Source: Malacoraja senta (lineage: Eukaryota). Taken from it: 64,000 bases of DNA. Every line of letters begins with the position of its first letter. The stretch's first letter is position 1. Made by a program: the position numbers and the translations under genes. Where the stretch lies: NCBI GenBank assembly GCA_038087875.1, contig CM075991.1:11100001-11164000 (forward strand), given 5' to 3'. This document shows positions 11,500 to 36,230 of this stretch, one piece after another. The notes under the pieces are model-generated. The model saw only the letters and a list, made by a program, of their open reading frames with translations, searched no databases and was not told the origin of the DNA.

Positions 11500-14087
11500 A
11501 TTGGCAATCTGTTATATCTGTAGGTGTAACCCTCGTTCTAACAGTTACAGTGGCACAGTTTTCTAAGCGATAAAAGTATATTAAGGGCACAAAGGAAAGA
11601 GATGTGGAGGTGGAGGGGGGGGGTGACAGAGAGGGATTACGATGGGTGAGAAGGGTCAGTGGGAAAGAGAAACAGATAGAAATTCAAAGAATGGAGACAA
11701 GTGGGGCTGGAGGAGGGGTGGAGCAAAAGGGGTCTATAGGAAGAGAGAGAAAGAGAAAGAGATTGGGAGGGTGGATGGAGAGAGGGGAGATGGAGAGAGG
11801 GATAAAGGAGGAAAAAGCTAGAGAGAACGTGATAAAATAGAGGGGAATGAAAAAGGGGAGACAGATGGATACATAGAGAGAGCGAAAGAGGAGAGAGTGT
11901 GGCAGAAAGAGAAAGGGAGAAAAAATGGAGAGAGGGGAAGAGGGGTGGTGAAAGAGATGGGAGAGAGATGGAAGAGAGGAGGGAAGAAGACAGAGAGGGT
12001 AGGAGGTAGAGAGAAAGGAGACAGGGGAAAGAGGGTGAGGGAGAAGACTGAGAAGAGAAACTCGTGTGGAGAGACGGAGGAAGAGAGAGACAGAGAGAGG
12101 GAGATGGGGGAGAGAGAAATAGAGAAAGAACAATATACACAAAGAGGTAGAGAGACAGAGAAAGAAAGAGAGGGAGAGATAGTTACAGGGGAGAACAGAG
12201 TGAAGCTTCAGATGAAATGTCCTCAACAGGGAATGAAAAGAACGATGTTCAATGAATCTCATAATTTACTGAAGTGACTCAGGAAGCCAAACCACACTGT
12301 GGAAGACGTTAAAGGAGGTACGGTGATACAGGGGAGTGCAAACTTACCGGGGACTCTTATTTAATTTAGCAGGGATACACAGACCAATATTCATAGGAGC
12401 AGGACATTGAGCTCATGATATCTGTATCTACAATGATGCCAAACAATGCCCTGTATTTACATGTGCCTGTTTTAATGTCAACTGAATGTCGGAATTATCT
12501 GCTTCTACCATCTTTCCCGGCAACACATTCCAGGCATCTATCACTCTCTGTATTAAGAACCGACCTGACAAATCTATAAATATTCCCATCAAAGAAGGGA
12601 AGAAATTGAACTTTTTTTCCCCTTCCATCACAGTGAGGAATGTGGAGGAGTCACTGCGGTGGATGTTCATGTTAAAATGTATTTTGTGTGTTCTGTTGCT
12701 TTTTATTAGCATGAAAGTATGGCAAATCCTTGTATGTTGCAAAACATACATGATTAAAAAAGTATGATTATGATCATGACTATGATTTCTCACCCTAAGT
12801 GTAGGCTCTCTGGTATTTGACATTTTCATCCTGAGAGAAAAAAAAAGTCTCTGACTATCCACCCTATCTATGCCTCTCATCATCAACATACTTTTTTTTA
12901 AGAGCAAAGTTGATGTCAGGTTTAGAACAGGAAGGTCTCTGATAGGATAGAGGGCTGGAGTAATAGAATGACAAAAGGTTAAAGCAGAATACCATTGGTG
13001 ATGGGAAAAGGTAAGAGATGTTAGGTTTAGAGAAGGACTAAGTCGCGAAATAAGTTTATTCTTGCCGAAAGGAAATGGGAGTAATAGTTAAAATGTAAAG
13101 TTTAAATTCAATGTTTTGACTGAAAGGTTTAGCTTAGTTTAGTTTAGAGATAGAGCGCGGAAACATATGACAGTCCCGCCATCCCGGAAATTAACCTTGT
13201 GAACCTACACTGCACTCCCTCAATAGCAAGAATGTCCTTCCTCAGATTTGGAGACTAAAACTGCACATAATACTCCAGGTGTGGTCATACTAGGGCCCTG
13301 TACAACTGCAGAAGGACGTCTTTGCTCCTATACTTATGCCTCTATCCTTGTGACTCTCTATTGAATCCGCCAAAAGCCATGCGGCACATATGACAATTGT
13401 GAATAAAAGTGAAGTTGTCAACATTCGTCCAACAAGTGATCAACGTCGCTCCGTGTGTTTCCTTCTGATATGAATAAACTTTGAGCATTTGTGTTCATTC
13501 TGCAAGCTTAAATTCTGGATTGTCTTCAAAACGGTCAGCGCTGTCCTTCAGGTAACTGTTGTCTTGTATAGGAGCAGACTTGGGCCATTCACCCCTTCAA
13601 GTCTACTCCGCCATTCAATCATGGCTGATCTATCTCTCCCCCCTAACCCCATTCTCCTGTACTCTCCCCATAACCCCCGACTCCCGTACTAATCAAGAAT
13701 CTATGTATCTCTGCCTTAAAAATATCCACTGACTTGGCCGCCTCAGATTTCTGTGGCAAAGAATTTCACTGGTTCTGGTAGCTCTGTGAACATGATTACA
13801 GAGAAGATTGGTCTGCAAATCAGAGTAAAAATCCCCAGACCTCTTAATGTGGCAGCCTTGTGGGGATTTATTTGGAAAATTTGTGTTTTCTGAAAAAAAT
13901 ACAAAACAACTTTAAAATGGCCTTCTGCGGTTGGTTCATTAAGTCAGGTTATTTAATTAAATATAACATACTGCACTCCAACTAAGTGTCCCAGCAGACC
14001 ATCCATCTTCATATAAGGGAGGTCTCATGTAGCCAAACTGACACCTTGCAGATATCGCCTAATGGGCAACTGTCCTTGACGCATAAC

Positions 14088-15549
14088 ATGGGCTATCCGG
14101 TCATCTTTGTGTTTGAAAGTATCTACTATCCTATTCTTGCAGCAGTCGGCATCACAGGTAAGGAATGGAACCAGTCACTGTGCATGTTTTTGTGAATATT
14201 CCTAAGTTCATGAGTTCATATGGTCGAGGAGCAGAATTAGGCAATTCGACCCATCAAGTCTACTCTGCCATTCAATCATGGTTGATCTATCATTCTCTCT
14301 CAGCCTCATTCTTCTGCCTTCGCCCCATAACCCCTGACACCTTTACTAATCAAAAATTGGTCAATCTCCATCTTATAAATAATAATTGACGGCCCTCACA
14401 GCCGTCTGTGGCAATTAATTCTACAGATTCACCACCCTTGTGTGACTGTTGTGCACATGTTTCCCTTTCTTCTTGTGTACTGCAACATCCCAACATTTAT
14501 TGTCATAGGGTGGAAACAGAGAGTATGTTAATGTGTGTCAGGGATGTTTTGAAAGCGCGATATATTTCCATTATCTGCAATGTAGACTCGACCCTGGGAC
14601 TGATTTGTTTCCAGAGGAAGGTGCTAATTTCCTTTCCCTTTCTGTTGCAGTTAACTTGGTGGCGATCGTCATCCTGTCCCGGGGAAAATGCAGACTCTCC
14701 AAATGTATTACACGCTATCTGGTTTCCATGGCAGTGGCCAACGTAATGGTGGTGATCTTCGAAGTCATACTGAAGCGGATTAACAACATTTATTTGCCGA
14801 TAAATATTTTGTTCATCACTCCAGTTTGTGCCATGAAAGTAGTCTTAAAACACGCAGCCCTGGATTGCTCTGTCTGGTTCACTGTCGCTTTTACCTTTGA
14901 TCGTCTTGTGGCCATTTCCTCTCCAAACCTCCGACCAAGATATTGTACCACAAGGACAGCAAGTGTGGTTATAGCAAGCGCGACGGCATTGGCCTGTTTG
15001 AGGAGCATCCCTTATTATTTTACTTATGAAGCAGGATATATAATTAACAACATCCCGTATTTGTGCGTTTCAACCGCTGAATACTATACCTCGCCTTTCT
15101 GGGTGGGCATTGAGTGGTTCGACAGTATCTTAAACACTTTCGTACCAATCTTACTCATCCTTCTGTTCAATGCCCTGACCGTGAAACATATCATAAGGTC
15201 CAATAAAATCCGTAGGGCGCTCATGAGTAATGTTGATGAAGGCAATGATTCTGAGAGCGAGAACCGCAAGAAGTCCATGATTTTGCTCTTTACTCTGTCT
15301 GCCAATTTCATCCTCCTCTGGACACCATATTTGATACATTCAATAAATTGGCAAGTGACAAACTACAATTACGCAGACAAGTATTACACCAACCCGATAT
15401 TCATCAACCAGCAAACAGGGTTCATGTTGTAACTACTGAGCTCCTGCACCAACACTTGTATCTATGGACTGACACAGAGGATGTTCAGACAGGAGCTGAA
15501 AAATGGGGTGAAATATCTGGTTACACTGAATGGGAAACTCTGCAAATAG
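14088..15549 (+). pseudogene. GPR139-like copy 5, probable pseudogene; join(14088..14157,14651..15549)
   Basis: CAA>TAA nonsense codon at 15430-15432 in TM7, before NTCIY. Also TM2 Asp>Asn (AVAD>AVAN) and TM5 Pro>Thr (LNPF>LNTF). Intron shortened to 493 nt (vs 930 and 951). Confidence 0.85.
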
Positions 15550-15811
15550 GTTTGCAATCTGTTATATCTGTAGGTTTGCCATCATAGAACTCTTCAGTAC
15601 CTGAGAGGACCTGTGGAATAATGGCTTGAAACAAGCTTGAGAAGGGATTAAATAAATGGACAAACAGGAACAAAAATGGAATTTCTTGTCTCAGTTCTCT
15701 GTCCCTAATTTAATTAACCATATTGGATATATATTTTTAAATCAGTAAATGAACAAATACAGTGAGGGTGCGGTAAAGGGGAAGGATTATAAAATAACTA
15801 TATAAAATATA

Positions 15812-15990
15812 GCTATATTTAAGAGGGAGCTAGATGTGGCCCTTGTGGCTAAAGGGATCAGAGGGTATGGAGAGAAGGCAGGTACGGGATACTGAGTTGG
15901 ATGATCAGCCATGATCATATTGAATGGCGGTGCAGGCTCGAAGGGCCGAATGGCCTACTCCTGCACCTAATTTCTATGTTTCTATGTTTC
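15812..15990 (+). mobile_element. Young CR1-type 3' end with (TTTCTATG)n tail; identical copy at 61574-61752
   Basis: Absent from the paralogous flanks of copies 2 and 3; 179 nt identical by eye to 61574-61752. Confidence 0.8.
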
Positions 15991-16314
15991 TATAACATAC
16001 TTTGGTTATTTGGATGTTTTTGGAGTGTTTAACAATGAATACCGACAACATTATTTTCTCCCATCATTATTGGGGATAGGCTAATTTTACTAGGCTGGGA
16101 TTAGATTATGCTGCAGTGGATATGAAATAATTAATTAAATGTAAAATTATGAAGGTTTCATTCTAATCCTTTATAGGTTTGGAGTGGGAATATACAATAT
16201 AGCACAGAGCAAAAATAAAAATGCTTTGTACACTTACAAAAAACTCAGAACACACAACCTCGAGAAGATCAAAGCAGCAGAGGTGAAATTGAAAATAAAA
16301 AATTGAAAAAAAAC

Positions 16315-16890
16315 TGTGCTATGAATATTGATTTCTCTAACTTCGTAAACCCCTGTCTTCCCTCTCTCTCCATCCCTCTCCCACCCAAGTCTCATCAGCT
16401 TCTCCTTCTCAACTTGCAAACAGTTAACGATGTGTAAGAAAGAACTGCAGATGCTGGTTTCAATCGAAGGTAGACACAAAATGCTGGAGTAACTCAGCCG
16501 GTAGGCAGCATCTCTGGAGAGAAGGAATGGGCGACGTTTCGGGTCAAGACCCTTCTTCAGACAGTGTCTTCAGAGTCTGAAGAAGGGTCTCGACCCAAAA
16601 CGTCGCCCATTCCTTCTCTCCAGAGATGTTGCCTCACCCGCTGAGTTACTCCAGCATTTTGTGTCACGATTGCCTGTTTCCTTTATCATCGTTACTTTTT
16701 TTTGCATGTCTTTCATTCGTTTGTTCTATATCTCTCTACATCATCGTTTGCAGTATATCTCTCGTTTTCATTTCCCCAGTCTGAAGAAGGGTCTCGACCC
16801 AAAACGTCACCCATTCCTTCTCTCCAGAGATGCTGCCTGTACCGCATGTTGTGTCTATCATCAGATTAAATCAGCATCTGCAGTTCCTTG
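16315..16890. mobile_element. Penelope-like element 3' end containing a nested fold-back pair of terminal repeats (about 16431-16665)
   Basis: Begins with MNIDFSNF, the end of the GIY-YIG ORF. Inverted copies of tctgaagaagggtctcgacc...cagagatgctgcc...gagttactccagca. Confidence 0.7.
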
Positions 16891-17619
16891 CTACACACCA
16901 AACAACAAATGTAGTTAATCCCATTTAACCAAGCATTTCCTTTCTAATATAAATAGTAGGTGATATGATGTTGTGAAAGTGGGAAGTGCAATTTCCTGAG
17001 ATACAAAATATCATATCTAGCATCTGCCCTCTTTTGCTTCTCCATGTTACTGCAAAGACTGCATTTGTACAGTAACATCTCCCTCTGTTGGTGAGCACTG
17101 AAAGAAGATATTGCATGGCACAATGGTAATGTGTGCTGCTACTGTAAATCATATACAATACAGTAACACTGATCGGTCTGAAGAAGAGTCCCGACCAAAA
17201 ACTTCGTCTGACCATTACCTCCACTGAAGCAGCCTGACTCGCTGAGTTCCTCCAGCACTCTGTGTTTTGCTGAAGATTCCAGCGTCTGCAAGTCCTTGGT
17301 TTCCAATATTTAGGCATCGTCTCCATCTGGTGGTGTATCCTTCACACTGCAATAGTATACTTGTAGTCACAGAGTCTCTGAAAAAAATTATTAGTTGATT
17401 AAGAGGGACACAAGAAACTATAGATGTCGAAATATAGAGCAAAACACAAAGGGGCAGCAGTAGATTTGTAGAGACCCGGGTTCGAACCTGACTACCGGTG
17501 CTGTCTGTACCTCGTTTGCACGTTCTCTCCATGACCGTGTGGGTTTTCTCCGGGTGCTCTGGACTCCTCCTAACTTCCAAAGATCTTCAAGGTTTGTAGA
17601 TTAATTGGCTTAGGTAAAA

Positions 17620-18686
17620 AAATAATACTATAATACTATCTATTAGGTACATTATTGACAGAAATATTATATATTAGTACATTATTTTATAATTTACTTG
17701 AGTACTATATATTATAAGTACTCAAGTAAATAATATAACTAATATACAATACAATACCGTTTATTGTCATTTGAACCTCAAATGAAGTTCAAACGAAATT
17801 TGGTTTCTGCAGTCATACAACAAGAAAAGAACCAAGACACACACCAACACAATTTACACATCCATCACAGTGAATCTCCTCCTCACTGTGATGGAAGGCA
17901 AAGTCTTGTCTCTCCCCTGCTCTCCATTCTTCTCCCGATGTCAAAGTCATATATAATATATAATATTTCAGTCAATAATGTACCTAATAGATAGTATATA
18001 TATATTATATAGTACTCAAATAAATTATATATAATTTACTTGAGTACTATATTGACCAGAATTCTATATATTAGTTAAATTCTTGACTGGAATATTATAT
18101 ATATATATATAATATTCCAGTCAATAATTTACTATGATAGTTTACTATGATATTTAATATAATATTCCAGTCAATAATTTACTATGATTCACGAGAGTAC
18201 TATCAGAAATATTATATATTAGTTATATTATTTACTAGAGTACTATCAGGTACATTATTGACTGAAATGTTATATATTTGTTATATCATTTACTAGAGTA
18301 CTTACTATCTATTAGGTACATTATTAACTGGAATATTATATATTATATTATTTACTAGAATATTATATTTAATTCTATCACTGAGCATTTATAATTTATA
18401 TATAATTTACTTGAGTACTATCATTGACTAGAATACTATATATTAGTTAAATTATTGACTGGAATATTATATATATATATATGATTCACGAGAGTACTAT
18501 CAGAAATATTATATATTAGTTATATTATTTACTAGTACTATCAGGTACATTATTGACTGAAATGTTATATATTAGTTATATTATTTACTAGAGTACTTAC
18601 TATCTATTAGGTACATTATTAACTGGAATATTATATATTATATTATTTACTAGAATATTATATTTTAGTTCTATCACTGGGCATTT
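17620..18686. repeat. AT-rich degenerate satellite with direct and inverted blocks
   Basis: Recurring tactatc(tatt)aggtacattattgactgaaatattatatattag motif. 18184-18390 repeats at 18482-18686; about 17955-17995 is an inverted copy of about 17634-17675. Confidence 0.8.
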
Positions 18687-18699
18687 AAACGCAGTTGAT

Positions 18700-18835
18700 T
18701 CGGTGGCCAATGGGGAGCGGTGTTGGTAGCGAGCTCGGTCATTGGTTGGCCGGCAGCCAATGGAATGCCGGCGGCGCCGGGTGCCAGCCAATAGCGTGGG
18801 GCGGTTGCAGGCGGCCGGCCACTGATTGGCCGGGC
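18700..18835 (+). promoter_or_regulatory. GOT1L1 promoter: five CCAAT boxes and a GC box in a CpG island
   Basis: CCAAT at 18707, 18757, 18788; ATTGG at 18741, 18825; GGGGCGG at 18798. CpG-rich from about 18690 to 19270. Confidence 0.7.
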
Positions 18836-18846
18836 CGCCGCCGGGC

Positions 18847-19173
18847 GTTGCCATGGAGACGCGGCCGAGCGCCATGGCGGGGCCCAGATAGCGCGGGTTG
18901 CCATGGAGACGCGGCCGGGCGCCATGGCGGGGCCCAGATAGCGCGGGTTGCCATGGAGACGCGGCCGGGCGCCATGGCGGGGCCCAGCTGGCGCGGGTTG
19001 CCATGGAGACGCGGCCGGGCGCCATGGCGGGGCCCAGCTGGCGCGGGTTGCCATGGAGACGCGGCCGAGCGCCATGGCGGGGCCCAGATAGCGCGGGTTG
19101 CCATGGAGACGCGGCCGAGCGCCATGGCGGGGCCCAGATAGCGCGGGTTGCCATGGAGACGCGGCCGGGCGCC

Positions 19174-19183
<10 letters not shown>
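18847..19183 (+). repeat. 50-bp GC-rich minisatellite, 6 full units plus 1 partial, each with GTTGCCATGGAGAC (RFX X-box)
   Basis: Units start at 18851, 18901, 18951, 19001, 19051, 19101, 19151. The last unit runs into the GOT1L1 ATG at 19174. Confidence 0.95.
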
Positions 19184-31640
<12,457 letters not shown>

Positions 31641-34600
31641 TGTACAAAATAACCTTTGTGTATTCAAGCCTTTTTCTTGTTTGTGTTCATTTTCCATGTT
31701 GACTGTGCAAGATGATTAAAAAATATATGTTTTGATGATGGATGGATTAGTGTTGTATTTAAAAAAGAAACAACAGATAACATGTTGGCAAACTAGGTCG
31801 AAAGATGATTTGGTAAATGAAGACAGGGAGTGATTGAATACCTGTGACTAATAGTGTACCACAGGAGTCTGTGCTTGCACCCTCACTATTATACCAGCCA
31901 TCCCAGGGTTAAGAAGGCCATACTTCAGAACACCTCTGCATACGAATAAGCTCCCACAATATTATTAAATTCAAAAGTATGGCTTACATATAAACATTAA
32001 TTCCTGCAAACAACAGAACTAGTTTCCTATTTCCACTTTTAGCAATTGTTCTTTCAAATAAGTTGTAAACATAGAACTGTACAGGAAAAGGCCCTTCGGC
32101 CTATGATGTCTGTGCCAGACATCGTACCAATTAAACTAACCCCATTTTCAGGCATATGATGTATAATCCTTCCTTTTCCTGCCTATTTATGTGCCGGTTT
32201 AAATGAGTCTTAATTATGGTGTCACTGTCATAACTGCTTTCACCACCATTCCCGGCAGCCGTTCTAAGCACCCACCACTCTATGTGTCAAACAAAACATG
32301 TCTCGCGCAAGTCCTTTAAACTTTCTGAAACTCACCTTAAAGCTATGCCCTTGAGTATTTGGCACTTCCGTCCATGGAAAAACAAAGTGACCATTGTGGC
32401 TTTGGGGACAACGCTGGGTTTGGCAGCGATCACACCAACGATCGCAGTAGAGTGAGCTCACATGAAGTTTTATTTACAGTGACAAGGAAGCCTAGGACCA
32501 CATGGAGGCACTGTCCCTCATCATCAGGATACATGTGCAGTGGCACTGGCAATTCCACATTTAGTTTAAGGTAGACAAAAAAACCTGGAGAAACTCAGCA
32601 GGTGAGGCAGCATCTATGGAGGCAAGGAATAGGCGACGTTTCGGGTCGAGACCCTTCTAGGCTGCCTATAAGACAATAAGACAGATGGGAGGTCTAGCTG
32701 ATGAGAGGATTGTTCAGTTGTCTGATAACATCCGGGAAGAAATTTGCCCCTCTCATCTCCTTTAAACTTTGCTCCTCTCACCTGAAAGCTGTGCCTCGAA
32801 TCTTTGATATTTCCCCACTGGGAAATAGGTTTTCATTGTCTATGTCTCTCATGATTTTATATCCTGGTACTTCTCTCAGCTCTCCCCTCAGCCTCTGACG
32901 GACCAGAGAAAACAATCCCAAGTTTTTCCAATCTCACTGCACACAGTTCATACCTTCTCATTCAGGCAGCATTCTGGTAAACCTCTTTTGCGCCCTTTCC
33001 AAAGCCTCCACATCCGTCCTGTAATGGGGTGACCAGAATTGCACACAATATTCCAAATACTGCCCAACCAATATAAAACTGCAAAATGACTTACTGTCCA
33101 TTATACTCAAGATCAAGATCAAGAGAGTTTATTGTCATGTGTCCCTGATAGGACAATGACATTCTTGCTTTGCTTCAGCACACCAGAACATAGTAGGCAC
33201 GAATACAGAACAGATCAGTGTGTCCATATACCATTGTATAAATATATACACACATGAATAAATAAACGGATAAAGTGCAAATAACCAGATTATGGGCTAT
33301 TAATGTTCAGAGTTTTGTCCGAGCCGAGTTTAATAGCCTGATGGCTGTGGGGAAGGAGCTATTCCTGAACCTGGTCGTTGCAGTCTTCAGGCTCCTGTAC
33401 CTTCTACCTGAAAGTAGTGGGGAGGTGAGTGTATGGCCCGGGTGGTGTGGGTCCTTGATGATGCTGCCAGCCTTTTTGAGGCAGCGACTGTGATGGAAGG
33501 GAGGTTAGAGCCGATGATGGACTGGGCAGTGTTTACTACTCAATGCCCCAACCAACAACGGTAAACATACCATATTCTTTCTTTACCGCTTTATCTCATT
33601 GTGCCCGGCTCCCACATTTTTCCACCTTTCTCCCCCCTATTACAATGTCTGAAGAAAAGTCCCAACCCAAAACGTCACCGATCCATGTCCTCCAGAAATG
33701 CTGCCTGACCCACCAAGTTACTCCAGCACATTGTGTATTATTCATCATGTATTATGTATTGAGTACCCAGCATCAGTAGTTCCTTGTGTCAACAAATGAC
33801 TGAACCTCTTCTGCACTCTTTCTAATACTACCACATCCTGTAATGCTCACAATGATCTCAGTACAGTGTGATTAATGTTCGGTACAGCTGTAACATGACG
33901 TCCCAACTCTTATACTCAATGCCATGACCTTTGATGGCAAGCATGCCGAATGCCGCGTTTACTACTCCATCCATCTGTGTTGCCATTTTCAAGGAGTTAT
34001 GAACGTGCACTTCAAGGTCCTGCTGTTCATCATCACTCCTGCGTTTCTACCATGTATGTAAATCTAACGTTTTGCCATCTAAAATGCTGCTGTCTATTTC
34101 CCAACTTGACCAAGTTTAATTCACCCATCAACTTTGGATTTACTGGCCTTCACTTCCTCCCTGTTGGACAATGCCCCCATTTTAGAATTCTCGTTCTTTC
34201 TTTCAATTAGCTACACCTTCATCCCTTGCTATCTCTCCTCAGCTCTTCCTGCTCGTTGAGCCTCTGCCTTCTCTGCTCTCCCGCGGTGCTTCCCTATGCT
34301 CATTCTCAGCTTGAATCTGGCCGTGTCCTCCACCACCAAGGCGTTCCCAAGTCTGGAGTTGCCTCCCGGAACTTTTCCTGACTACCTCTTTCTGCCTGTA
34401 AGATAGTCCTTAAAACCAACTTTCACGAAACTAAAGATAGACTCAAAATGCTGGAGTAACTCAGCGGGACAGGCAGCATCTCTGGATAGAAGGAATGGGT
34501 GACGTTTCAGTTCACAAAACTAATGTCCCTCAGCTTTGACTTGCGTCTGTCCTAGGTTCCTGTGACATTTTTACAATGTTCAAAGATCCACCCTGATGGT

Positions 34601-35804
34601 GTTGTTACCTATGAGGAAGCAGATTTCGCAATGAATTGGAATGCTGCAGATTGCACAAAGACACACCCACACACAGATTAATAGAGGCCATGAAGGAAGA
34701 GGAATGCTTGGAATGTCTCAAAGTCCAAAATGACTGAGCACTAAGCAGTATTGCATTCTCCGACATCACTACAAAGTGTGCATACTGAGGACGTCTCAAC
34801 TCTCCAAGCATAAAGATGAAAGAATGTTTCCACAAAGCCACAATATGGCATTGTTATTCAATCACTTCTTATTTGTGTAGTGAAATCAAAAGTTTATTTA
34901 TATGCCTTTTATGTAAAACATTTTAAATTATCATTACAAAACATAACGAGATTTTTGCACAAGTGAGCAAAATCTTGGTCAAAGAAGACGAAGAGTGTTT
35001 GAAAAGGGGAATGAATGTTTGAGCTTAGTACATGGGTAATTAAAGGCATGGGCTCCAATATTGTGGTGTTCACATTGGGAATAATCAAGAGGTCAGAATT
35101 GGAGATTAACCTCTCAAAATAATGTTTTGAAAAACTCTGGAAATTTTCAAAAAAACAATTTTTTAAATCACCCTGACACTAGGAATTATGGCTTGTCAGA
35201 AGTCCAGAACATTTAAGATATGAGAAACCTAATTAAAATATAGATGAGTTCACCAGAATGTTGCATGAAAAACTGCCAAAGAAAATCTTCAGTGGCGAGG
35301 CACAGGTACAAGTGCAAGCACGAAGGCTTCAACAAACATGCCTTTGAACATAGACCAGAACATGGACGTGTACAGCATAGGGATAAACCCAAAATGTCAA
35401 TGTCAAGATAAACTAATTGCATCTGCCGGCATATGACCCATATCATTCCATTCCCTGCATATCCATGTGCCTATCTAAAAATTCTTCAAGGGTTTCAACA
35501 TTGACTCAGAGACCTGGGAGGATCTCACCAACAATCATCCCACGAAGCCTGGAGCAAAAAAAAACAAAGTTCTGGAGTAACTCAGCAGGTCAGGCAGTGA
35601 CTCTGGGGAATATGGATAGGTGGCGTTTCGGGATGATTGGATTAATGTAGAAGAAGTGTTTGAATGGTCTGGGCTTGTACTCACTGGAGTTTAGAAGGAT
35701 GAGGGGGAGATCTCATTGAAAGTTACTGGATAATGAAAGGCCTAGATAGTGGACTTTCAAAGGATGTTTCCAGTAATGGGAGAATTCAATGTTCATACCA
35801 TTGG

Positions 35805-36230
35805 GTTCTACTGTATCCGGTGTTCCCAATGAGGCCTCCTGTACATTGGCAAGAGCAAGCATAGACTAGATGACCAAGTCAAGTCAAGTCAAGTCAAGTC
35901 ACATTTATTTATATAACACATTTAAAAAACAACTCTCATTGGCCAAAGTGCTTTACATGTGTTATAAGAATAGCATAAACAAAACAAACTACATACATAT
36001 ATACACCATTTCACTAAACACGCACTCAGTCTGCCAAGGCCTGTTCGATCTCCCGGTTGCTAACCATTTTAACTCCCCTTCCCATTCCCACACTGACCTT
36101 TCTGTCATGGGCCTCCTCCATTGCCAGAGTTAGGCCACACACAAACTGGAGTAACAGCACCTCATATTTTGCTTGGGCAGCTTACAATCCAGTGGTATGA
36201 ACAGTGAATTCTCTAATTTCAGCTAATTTC
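35805..36230 (+). mobile_element. Penelope-like GIY-YIG endonuclease remnant interrupted by a (CAAGT)n-tailed insertion at about 35876-36008
   Basis: YCIRCSQ*GLLYIGKSKHRLDD...SVCQGLFDLPVANHFNSPSHSHTDLSVMGLLHCQS*ATHKLE*QHLIFCLGSLQSSGMN; CxxC between the GIY and YIG halves. Confidence 0.8.

Larger units (their letters stand above)
1..16170 (+). repeat. Tandem segmental duplication array of the GPCR locus (units about 3.7-4.5 kb)
   Basis: Upstream blocks (about 5000-5904, 8720-9579, 13165-14087), introns and 3' flanks are near-identical between copies. Start-codon spacing is 3675 and 4508 nt. Confidence 0.9.

Noticed and set aside
955..15339. Recurrent minus-strand ORFs (MLLKQASAVALA..., MKLADRVKSK...)
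   Set aside because: Antisense shadows of the GPCR exon, repeated only because the gene is duplicated.
35238..35348. Short frame IDEFTRMLHEKLPKKIFSGE...
   Set aside because: Resembles a decayed LINE ORF2 C-terminal motif; no splice or gene context.
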